A stretch of DNA of 64,000 bases from a virus. A model generated the notes under the pieces. The model saw only the letters and a list, made by a program, of their open reading frames with translations. It did not search any database and was not told the origin of the DNA. The position numbers and the translations under genes are program-made. The stretch spans positions 1 through 64,000 of IMG/VR virus record IMGVR_UViG_3300037010_000365, one strand, 5' to 3'. Of the stretch, positions 39,275 to 47,248 are shown one piece after another. Position 1 is the first letter of the stretch. Every line of letters starts with the position of its first letter.

Positions 39275-40324
39275 ATGAGTCTATTATCAAAATTCAAAGC
39301 AAACAAAAACATTTCAGAATTCATTCTTTCTGAAGAAAATCAAGTAGACAAAGGATTTATCTCAACCGGGTGTATGTCGTTAAACATTCTATTTTCTGGC
39401 AGATTGGATGGCGGTATTCCTATTGGTAAAATTAGCCAGGTTGCTGCTCCATCTGCCCTAGGTAAAAGCTTTATTGGGATGAAAGTAGCTAAGAACGCCC
39501 AAAAGAAAGGTCTGGAAGTAGTTTATATCGATACAGAGTTTGCGTTTGACTTTGGATTTGCTGAATCTATCGGTCTCGACAACGATAAGCTTATGGTTAT
39601 TCAAGATAATCAAATCGAAAGTGTACAGAAAACTATTATGCAAATGCTAGAAGGTATTGACAAGAAAGAACGTGATCGTTTGCTTATTCTTATCGATTCT
39701 TGGGGTGGTTTGGTAACGAGCAAGACTACTACAGACGCGCTAGATGGTAAAGACGTTAGCGATATGACTGTTAGTAAGAAAAAGAATATGCTGTCTCGAT
39801 TATTAATGGGCGGACCTACAGTGTTTGTCATCAACCAGGTGTACGATACATTTGACCAGTATAATCCTTTAGCAATTGCAGGCGGTCGCGGATTATATTT
39901 TGCTTCAAGCTCTATTGTATTAGGTTCGTCAAAAGCTAGAGAAAAAGATTCAGACGGCGATATTTCAGGCGCTATCGTAACAGCTGTAACAAAAAAATCA
40001 AGATCTTCAAAAGAAAATACGAAATTAAAGTACCTAATTCGATATGACGGTGGTATTCATCCAGTGTATGGTATTTTAGAAGATGCTATGGAGTGTGGTG
40101 TTGTTGAGAAGCCATCTATGGGTTGGTACACAAGACCTGACGTAGAAAATGATAGAAAATGGCGTGAGAAGGAAGTATGGAATACCTGGGAAGTGTTTTG
40201 GGCTCCTATTTTAAAATCAGCCAAGTTTAAAAAGTTCATTGAAGACAAATATAGCTTTAAGGAATCAAAGATTATTGATGAGAACTTTGATTTTGACGAT
40301 TCTTCAACTGATAGAGAAGAGTAA
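39275..40324 (+). CDS. uvsX: RecA-like recombinase UvsX
   Basis: ISTG..LNILFSG..GGIP, APSALGKS, YIDTEF, LIDSWG, VINQVY, GGRGLYF. Confidence 0.92.
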   Translation: MSLLSKFKANKNISEFILSEENQVDKGFISTGCMSLNILFSGRLDGGIPIGKISQVAAPSALGKSFIGMKVAKNAQKKGLEVVYIDTEFAFDFGFAESIGLDNDKLMVIQDNQIESVQKTIMQMLEGIDKKERDRLLILIDSWGGLVTSKTTTDALDGKDVSDMTVSKKKNMLSRLLMGGPTVFVINQVYDTFDQYNPLAIAGGRGLYFASSSIVLGSSKAREKDSDGDISGAIVTAVTKKSRSSKENTKLKYLIRYDGGIHPVYGILEDAMECGVVEKPSMGWYTRPDVENDRKWREKEVWNTWEVFWAPILKSAKFKKFIEDKYSFKESKIIDENFDFDDSSTDREE

Positions 40325-40351
40325 CGTTTGTTTATAAAACAAGTTTGAATG

Positions 40352-40373
40352 AAAAGGAGCTTCGGCTCCTTTT
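40352..40373 (+). terminator. Intrinsic terminator after uvsX
   Basis: AAAAGGAGC-TTCG-GCTCCTTTT. Confidence 0.9.
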
Positions 40374-40393
40374 AATTTATAAGGTTTATCATA

Positions 40394-41086
40394 TTGAAAA
40401 CGTTTAAATAATTCTTACCGGAAAATCCAATAAATTTTCCGGATTATAATCGAACAAATTATAAAAATTTATGGCAAGCAGAATATTCTACGTACTTTCA
40501 TACTAAGAAAGATAATAAACTTGTAAAACTTAGCGATGAATTTTATCGATTAGATATAGACCCTAATAGAAAACAGATTATGGTTTATTTCGTTCGTGGC
40601 GATAATCTTATTGGAATAGTTGGACTTGTGAAGGTCAATTTGCACACTGGTGCATACATGGAAAGATTAATTATTAAGAATCCAGAGTACTCTGAATTTA
40701 AAGGATTAGCCGAGAAAATGTATAAATTTATTAGCAGTTATATTGTTAACGGGCTAATACTGTCAGACGAAGAGCATTCAGATACTAATAAAGCAATTTG
40801 GTTGAAATGGTTTAAACAAGGAAAAGCTGTTGCCTTTAATTTGCAAACCAGAAGCATTGTATCAGACGAGAAAGAAATATATGGTAAAGATAAACGACAT
40901 ATTATTTTGGTATTGGACATTAACAAACAATTCGATAATTTAACTGAATGCTTCGCTAATGTGCACGAATATAATATAAGCGTTCAATCTATGTTAGATC
41001 AGAGTCTGAACTATGATAATAATATAGATAGCATTGGTAAGTCTACTGAAGAATTTATTTTAAAAATTAGACAAAATACGTTATGA
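40394..41086 (+). pseudogene. Capsid-targeting-sequence protein with GNAT-like C-domain, interrupted by TAA at codon 6
   Basis: TTG AAA ACG TTT AAA TAA TTC TTA CCG GAA (MKTFK*FLPE), in frame with ORF 40580-41086. Confidence 0.55.
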
Positions 41087-41105
41087 TATACTAAACATAA
41101 ACCAA

Positions 41106-41984
41106 ATGAACAATACCGTGCATATCTTTGAAACCGCTATGTCCCCTTCAATAAATAAAGATGTCATTTATAAAAAATATAAGGAACAAATCAAGATGTA
41201 TACACCAGCTAAAACTAAGTTAATTTCACGCGCTGATGACTATGAAGAAAAGTCAATCACTGTAGCAGAAGATTCGTCTCGTGATATCTGTTTACTATAC
41301 ATCAGAGGACCTATTGAAGAGGTTGAGACTTATAGTAAAGAGCTAATTGAACTTGATCGTTTGTCAAGCAAGTATGATAGAATCGAGATTGTTATTAATA
41401 CGCCAGGCGGTGCGCTGACAACTACAATTGATCTTATTAATATAATTCGTAAATTCAAATATGTTACTACATTTGGCGTAGGCGAAATCTGCTCAGCTGG
41501 TTTTATTCTATGGGCTCTTGGTGATGTTAAGGTTGTTGCTCCTTACTCACTATACATGTCGCACAGGGAATCGTACGGGACATATGGTAAAACACTAGAA
41601 CATAAGCGTATGGCGTTAATCAACGAGCAGATTAACGGTAGGTTATATGATGAAATTGTTATCCCGTTACTAACATCAGAAGAGATTAGCGTTATTGGTT
41701 TAAGTGAATGCTGGATTGATGGGCAAAGTCTTGTTGATCGTGGTGTTGCTATCACAGAAGAAACATACAACAATCCAAAAACAGTAGCTAGAGTAGATAT
41801 ATATAGTATTGACGGCCAAATGTTTGTATGGAATGAAGAAAGCAAAGTATTCTTTGAAGTTGACACAATTTCCATCACAAATCGATATGTTGAAGATTTA
41901 AACCAGTACGCTCTTGGTTTATCTGATGTACTATGTGATATTGATGATAGTCAAGAAGGAGATGATACCGGACCTCATTACTAA
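41106..41984 (+). CDS. ClpP-like serine protease
   Basis: LYIRGPI, INTPGG, ICSAG (Ser), YMSH (His). Confidence 0.75.
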   Translation: MNNTVHIFETAMSPSINKDVIYKKYKEQIKMYTPAKTKLISRADDYEEKSITVAEDSSRDICLLYIRGPIEEVETYSKELIELDRLSSKYDRIEIVINTPGGALTTTIDLINIIRKFKYVTTFGVGEICSAGFILWALGDVKVVAPYSLYMSHRESYGTYGKTLEHKRMALINEQINGRLYDEIVIPLLTSEEISVIGLSECWIDGQSLVDRGVAITEETYNNPKTVARVDIYSIDGQMFVWNEESKVFFEVDTISITNRYVEDLNQYALGLSDVLCDIDDSQEGDDTGPHY

Positions 41985-42032
41985 CGAATAACGTATGCGA
42001 CTGAACATTAAAAATAAAAATAAAGGATTATA

Positions 42033-43418
42033 ATGTCTAATAAAATTTACTGTCTGGATACTAATGTTTTATTATCTGATCCAACGGCGATTTACAACTT
42101 CGATGAACACCAAGTCTATATTCCTTTTATAGTTTTAAGCGAATTGGATAGTAAGAAAGTAGGACATACCGATTTAAACCGTAATGCTCGTGAAGCTACT
42201 CGGCAGTTAGAAATTATAATGCAGACTGAGGTTTCCAATAATCTCTATAAAATAAACGAAGCTGGTGGAACATTATCTTTCACCACTCAAGATCTAAAAA
42301 CATCCATCAGCGGTGAAATGACAAATGACGATATTATCATTGCAGAAGTTAGCAAATTAAGCGAAACTATTAAAGACAAGCAGGTTATTCTAGTTTCAGC
42401 TGATATTAACATGAGAGTTAAGGCCAAGTCACTATTGCTATTAGTAGAAGCTTATAAACACAATCAAGTTAACATAGCTGATTCTGACGTCGTAGGCCTT
42501 GGTTATAAGCTTGCTCACGATCATTTTTCTCAAAACACTATTGATCGTTTAGTTCAAGTATTTCATTCTAGTAAGGACACGATTACAGTACCTTACACTG
42601 GTGATGAACTAGAGCCTTTTACTATCAATGGTTACATTGCTGTATCTGATAATGTTCAATTTGCTGTGATTGATCAAGATGAGCTAAAAGTAACTCTAGC
42701 CCCTGTTACACAATACAATGGTAGAGCTAATGTTTGGGGTATTAGAGCTAAGAACGCTGAACAGAATATTGCGTTAAACATGTTAATGGATAAGAATAAG
42801 CACCTGGTTGTAGTCGGTGGGCAAGCAGGGTCAGGTAAAACTATTATCGCATTGGCAGCTGCGTTAGAATTAGTAATTGAGCAGAAGCTTTACGAACGAA
42901 TTGTTTTCATGCGGGAGACTGTAGTTGCAGCTGGTGCTGAGGAGATTGGTTTCTTACCAGGTACGTTAGATGATAAGATGATTCCATATTTAGGCGCGCT
43001 AACAGAAAACCTAAAGCAACTGACTGGTTTTGCTGAACAACCTAAAACTTCAAAGAAACAAACAACTCCTGAAAAAATTACTAGCCCTTTAGGTCAGTTT
43101 GAAGATATAATTGAGATTAATAGTATCGGACTCATGCGCGGCACAAGCATTCCTAATGCTATTATCATTATTGATGAGTCACAAAACTTGACTAAAGATA
43201 TGGTAAAGATGTTACTCACACGAGCAGGTGAAGGTACTAAAATCATAATGCTAGGTAACATGAATCAGATTGATAATGTATATTTGTCAAAGAACAATAA
43301 TGGTATGGCGATTGTTGTAGACAAGTTCAAAGATTGTGATATTTTTGGATATACTATTCTTCAGCAGACTGTTAGATCTAAGCTTGCTGAAGAAGCAGTA
43401 AATAGACTAGTTGGTTGA
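42033..43418 (+). CDS. phoH: PIN-PhoH family ATPase
   Basis: LDTNVLL PIN domain, GQAGSGKT, IGFLPG, MRGTS, IIDESQN, LTRAGEG. Confidence 0.92.
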   Translation: MSNKIYCLDTNVLLSDPTAIYNFDEHQVYIPFIVLSELDSKKVGHTDLNRNAREATRQLEIIMQTEVSNNLYKINEAGGTLSFTTQDLKTSISGEMTNDDIIIAEVSKLSETIKDKQVILVSADINMRVKAKSLLLLVEAYKHNQVNIADSDVVGLGYKLAHDHFSQNTIDRLVQVFHSSKDTITVPYTGDELEPFTINGYIAVSDNVQFAVIDQDELKVTLAPVTQYNGRANVWGIRAKNAEQNIALNMLMDKNKHLVVVGGQAGSGKTIIALAAALELVIEQKLYERIVFMRETVVAAGAEEIGFLPGTLDDKMIPYLGALTENLKQLTGFAEQPKTSKKQTTPEKITSPLGQFEDIIEINSIGLMRGTSIPNAIIIIDESQNLTKDMVKMLLTRAGEGTKIIMLGNMNQIDNVYLSKNNNGMAIVVDKFKDCDIFGYTILQQTVRSKLAEEAVNRLVG

Positions 43419-43474
43419 TTTTAAATGATATTCATACTTATTTTGATTTATTTTGAAATAAGTATGAAATAACA

Positions 43475-43505
43475 GTTTACTTCTTAGCAAGATGTAGTAT
43501 ATAAT
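43475..43505 (+). promoter_or_regulatory. Early-type promoter
   Basis: GTTTACTT..TAGTATATAAT, same family as the 44423/45482/46876 copies. Confidence 0.7.
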
Positions 43506-43557
43506 TATCACAAGTTAAGAAGTTAACGATTTTAAATAAATGTAATAGGCGAATATC

Positions 43558-43737
43558 ATGGATCAGAAAGAATTTGTAACAATCAACGGTACAATTGTTG
43601 AAGCGGAAATGACTTTTGAAGAGATTGCTAAAGAATTAGGTATCACCGTTCAAGGCGCTCGCGCATTATATTGTCGCGCCATTATCAAGTTGCAAAAACA
43701 AGCTAAGCGCTTAGGGTTAGACGTATATCTATCGTAA
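43558..43737 (+). CDS. 59-aa stand-alone sigma-70 region-4-like HTH protein (not in the ORF track)
   Basis: Own translation: MDQKEFVTINGTIVEAEMTFEEIAKELGITVQGARALYCRAIIKLQKQAKRLGLDVYLS. Confidence 0.65.
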   Translation: MDQKEFVTINGTIVEAEMTFEEIAKELGITVQGARALYCRAIIKLQKQAKRLGLDVYLS

Positions 43738-43766
43738 TAATTTTTACATCATTTGAGTATACAGAC

Positions 43767-44423
43767 ATGCAAACATTTAATGAGTATCTATTTGAAATGT
43801 CTATAGCTATGTTAGGCGATTGGAAAGATGGGTATGCGAATCTAACGCCAATTAGTAAACTAGTAACAGATAAAAACTGGGAACTAATTACAACTATAGA
43901 AATATCAGGCGATGTATACGAACTAAGAAAACTCAAAGAAAAAGAAGTATATATCTTGGGTAAATTTGTTGAAGCTGAAGACTTGGAATTAACTACCAAT
44001 GAATTAGTTACTAAATTCAACGTCGTATTTCAAATCAACCTAGGTAGAGATTATAAAGTCGAATCACAATTATCGCGTATTGGTGGTAATTATACACGCA
44101 TTGCTAATGTAAATGGTGTTGTTGTTGACACATCTATGCAAGGTAAGGGAATTGCTCTAACAATTTATAAATGGTTAGTAAATGATCAGGGTTTTGTAAT
44201 AATGGGTGATTCTAAACAATACTTTGGCGCAAGAAAACTATGGTCAAAACTAAGTAAGCAACATGATATAGTTGTTGATTTGGTTGATATTAAGCGAGGA
44301 AAGCTAATAGAATCTCATGTTAAACTACATCAAGGCGATCATGAAACTGACTTTGACGCTCGCTTATGGTCATTAGGTAAAGAAAAGAAAAACATTAGAC
44401 CTGTTCTACGAAAAATATTGTAA
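43767..44423 (+). CDS. Capsid-targeting-sequence protein with GNAT-like domain
   Basis: MQTFNEYLFE N-terminus; VVVDTSMQGKGIALTIY..GARKLWSKL acetyl-CoA-binding-like motif. Confidence 0.55.
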   Translation: MQTFNEYLFEMSIAMLGDWKDGYANLTPISKLVTDKNWELITTIEISGDVYELRKLKEKEVYILGKFVEAEDLELTTNELVTKFNVVFQINLGRDYKVESQLSRIGGNYTRIANVNGVVVDTSMQGKGIALTIYKWLVNDQGFVIMGDSKQYFGARKLWSKLSKQHDIVVDLVDIKRGKLIESHVKLHQGDHETDFDARLWSLGKEKKNIRPVLRKIL

Positions 44424-44522
44424 ATAATTGTTTACTTTCTAATAAGATAGTATATAATTATTACAAGTTAAGGAAGCTAACCGCATAAATTAAAATACTT
44501 TGATTTAATTAAATGCTTCCTG
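44423..44522 (+). repeat. Early promoter + stem-loop cassette, family A copy 1
   Basis: AATAATTGTTTACTTT..TATATAATTATTACAAGTTAAGGAAGCTAAC..AATGCTTCCTG. Confidence 0.85.
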
Positions 44523-44530
44523 TTAAACTT

Positions 44531-44556
44531 AGGACTGTAGCTCAGTTGGTGAGCAA
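44531..44556 (+). pseudogene. 5' fragment of a tRNA (acceptor 5' strand + D arm)
   Basis: AGGACTG-TA-GCTCAGTTGGTGAGC; complementary to the CAGTCCT-A-CCA end at 45646. Confidence 0.5.
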
Positions 44557-44654
44557 CAGTTTGTCATCATTGATAAGCCTTTACGCGGCGATGATATAAG
44601 TAAACATTTATTTGTTGAAACTAATTATCAAAAAATTAGCGACTAGCTAAAACT

Positions 44655-44730
44655 CCTCCGGTAGCTCAACTAGTAGAGCAGTTCTCTCATAAAGGACCGG
44701 TTGCAGGGGCAGAGCCTGCCTGGAGGACCA
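44655..44730 (+). tRNA. tRNA-CAT, probably Ile2 (lysidine substrate); atypical T loop GGCAGAG
   Basis: CCTCCGG/CTGGAGG acceptor, GTTCT-CTCATAA-AGGAC, GCAGG/CCTGC T stem, ACCA end; next to tilS. Confidence 0.8.
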
Positions 44731-44870
44731 ATTATGTGTTATGATGCATTGTACGAATATATTGATATTCTCCTGTCGATAGAAAGCAATACATTCAGCT
44801 ACCAATCGTTTAGCTGTTTACCTGACTGCTGATCAGAATTTGGTTTATATAAAATTCAAAGGACTGTATA

Positions 44871-45476
44871 ATGAGACTAGCTTGCAAACTACCTCATGAT
44901 TGTTATATTGCGTTTAGCGGGGGTTCTGATTCATCTGCTCTAACACATTTCGCTTTATCACATCCTAAGCGCAAAGTTGCGTTAGTATATGTTGTTTATC
45001 AAGACTTCAACCACGTAGATTCTGAACTGGCGTATGTAACAACTGCAGCTAAAGAATATAATCTAGATTTGATTTTATACTATGCTGAATTAAATCCAGG
45101 TAACCTAACAAAAGAGCAGCATTGGTCTATTCAACGCAACAAGTTCTTTAACACTCTTGATAAACCAGTATTAACCGGTCATAATTTAGATGATGCGTTA
45201 GAGTGGTTTATGATGACATCAACAAGAGGGAATATGATTGGTAAGTTAATGCCAATTATTAACAAAAATGTTCAGCGACCTTTGTTATTCACTAACAAAC
45301 AAACTGTAATGAAATATATCGATAAACACGATATTAAATACTTTTACGATATAACTAATAGCGACACCAGCATTGCTCGCAATGAGATTAGGCACAACGT
45401 AATTCCTAGTCTGGTTAAGATTAACCCTGGAGTTTACAGGTCACTTATTAGACGGTACGGTAACATACCGGGCTAA
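44871..45476 (+). CDS. tilS: tRNA(Ile)-lysidine synthetase, minimal PP-loop form
   Basis: AFSGGSDS, TGHNLDDALE, RPLL, DITNSD..RNEIRH. Confidence 0.85.
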   Translation: MRLACKLPHDCYIAFSGGSDSSALTHFALSHPKRKVALVYVVYQDFNHVDSELAYVTTAAKEYNLDLILYYAELNPGNLTKEQHWSIQRNKFFNTLDKPVLTGHNLDDALEWFMMTSTRGNMIGKLMPIINKNVQRPLLFTNKQTVMKYIDKHDIKYFYDITNSDTSIARNEIRHNVIPSLVKINPGVYRSLIRRYGNIPG

Positions 45477-45481
45477 GTTGA

Positions 45482-45579
45482 AATAATTGTTTACTTTCAA
45501 TCAATATAAGTATATAATTATTACAAGTTAAGGAAGCTAACAGCATAAATTAGAAATTGCTTTAATTTAATGCTTCCTG
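45482..45579 (+). repeat. Early promoter + stem-loop cassette, family A copy 2
   Basis: Near-identical to 44423-44522. Confidence 0.85.
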
Positions 45580-45587
45580 TTAAATTT

Positions 45588-45674
45588 GGTACTGTATCTT
45601 AGTTGGTCAGAGTGGTAGATACATGGTCGTTGGTTCAAGCCCAACCAGTCCTACCAGTCCTACCAGTCCTACCA
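45588..45674 (+). pseudogene. Degenerate tRNA (Ile-GAT-like) ending in a triple CCAGTCCTA tandem repeat
   Basis: T arm GTTGG-TTCAAGC-CCAAC; collapsed anticodon arm; CCAGTCCTA x3 at 45645-45671. Confidence 0.55.
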
Positions 45675-45712
45675 TATAAATATAATTTTATTAATAAATT
45701 GAGGTAACCGAT

Positions 45713-46072
45713 ATGAAAACGTTTTTAGAGTTCTTAAATGAAAGTAATAACAAATTAACTAGTAACCCTTCTAAGAAATTCATCGATATGATGCCGACGA
45801 TCATAGATTCGATTTTCGATAGCTGGTTCAAAGCTAATGGGGTGAATATATTGAGTTCGAAAGTTGTTAACGGTAATCGTGCATATTTTGGTTCAAAGGG
45901 TGATAAATATTATAAGTTCTCTTTCTATTTAGGTCGTTCTTTCTCTACTGTTAAATTTTCAATGTTGAGTGAAGATAATATTAAAATTCTAACAAAAAGA
46001 CCTGATACTGATCCAGCAGAAATTATGGACGTTAGTCAATTTAAGTTTATCGATGATATTTTAACTTTGTAA
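45713..46072 (+). CDS. Putative internal head protein (capsid-targeting N-terminus)
   Basis: MKTFLEFLNE; TATAAATA at 45675; GAGG RBS. Confidence 0.6.
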   Translation: MKTFLEFLNESNNKLTSNPSKKFIDMMPTIIDSIFDSWFKANGVNILSSKVVNGNRAYFGSKGDKYYKFSFYLGRSFSTVKFSMLSEDNIKILTKRPDTDPAEIMDVSQFKFIDDILTL

Positions 46073-46099
46073 TCAGCTATAAAGGCAAAAGATTAACAA

Positions 46100-46865
46100 T
46101 AAACAGTCGATTCGATTGATATTATATTATTAATCAAATCGACACTCTCGAGATAATGCAACCTTTACGAGGTTCGAGAGATAAAGTAGCACAATCCATG
46201 ACGTGTCTTATGGTATAGTAGAAGAGTTTAATTCTCTTTCTAGTTTCGGTGACAGACATAATGACAAACGTTTCAAGCCTGGAGTTGCGCGAAAACTAAT
46301 AGCATAGAGTTTGGATGCCTCGATAGGTGCTCGTAACACCGGTTACGTGAAAATTGTGATACTCCGACCCGAAGTATATCTAATCTATGATGTTTATTTG
46401 TTTTTCAGGGAAATCCAGAAAAACATTAAATGGCGCAAGGAAATAACAGCTACTGCTGTCGCCGAATAAACTTCTTATCAGATATATAGATACTAGTGAA
46501 GATGGATTTGATCACCATCAACGCCGGAAGGGTGCATAGTTCAAAATCGCGAGATTACGAAAAAACTTGTTGTATAGTAAATGCTGTATAGAAACGTTAG
46601 ACCCACAGTCTAAAAGTCTGCTTTAGCAACAGTTTCATGGCGACGGTTATGAAATAGTTTAACCAAAATACAACAGTCAACTGGAAAGACTTAGAAAATA
46701 GTACCAGCGTGAAATGCGAATGTTGCAGACGAAACGTGCAAGCTGGAGACATAACCAGCATCAACATGAAAGAGTAGGACATGAGGTATACTCATGAGAT
46801 ACGCATAAATTAATGAAGATAGCGCTAAAGCGTTCTTCGAGTATGTTTGTAATAACTTCAAAACC
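46100..46865 (+). ncRNA. Candidate giant structured ncRNA in the tRNA region (GOLLD/ROOL size class)
   Basis: About 770 nt with no + strand ORF; more than 15 visible hairpins, several nested; strand inferred from context. Confidence 0.5.
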
Positions 46866-46875
46866 AATAACATAA

Positions 46876-46978
46876 AATAATTGTTTACTTTTCCATCAAG
46901 ATAGTATATAATTATTACAAGTTAAGGAAGCTAACAGCATAAATTAGAAATTATTTTGGTTTAATTAAATGCTTCCTG
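46876..46978 (+). repeat. Early promoter + stem-loop cassette, family A copy 3
   Basis: Near-identical to 44423-44522. Confidence 0.85.
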
Positions 46979-46984
46979 TATAAG

Positions 46985-47082
46985 TTAACTTTGTCGGCTA
47001 GTATCTCAACCGCCTTCTAAGCGGTCGTTAATCGAGTAATTGGAGTATGTAGGTTCGAACCCTATCTAGCCGACAAAGTTAA
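46985..47082 (+). ncRNA. D-armless tRNA-Arg(TCT)-like RNA with a 17-bp terminal stem
   Basis: TTAACTTTGTCGGCTAG/CTAGCCGACAAAGTTAA; ACCGC-CTTCTAA-GCGGT; GTAGG-TTCGAAC-CCTAT. Confidence 0.65.
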
Positions 47083-47248
47083 TTTGAAATGAAAATATGA
47101 GAATTATACGGGATATTGTGGCTATATTAGCGATAGATAACCGAATATTATTTCATAAACCCATTTGATTCTCACACAACTCTAGTTATAATGATTACAC
47201 ACTGCGGTGCCACTCGAAAATCTACTAATCCTGAAAGGAACCTATATC

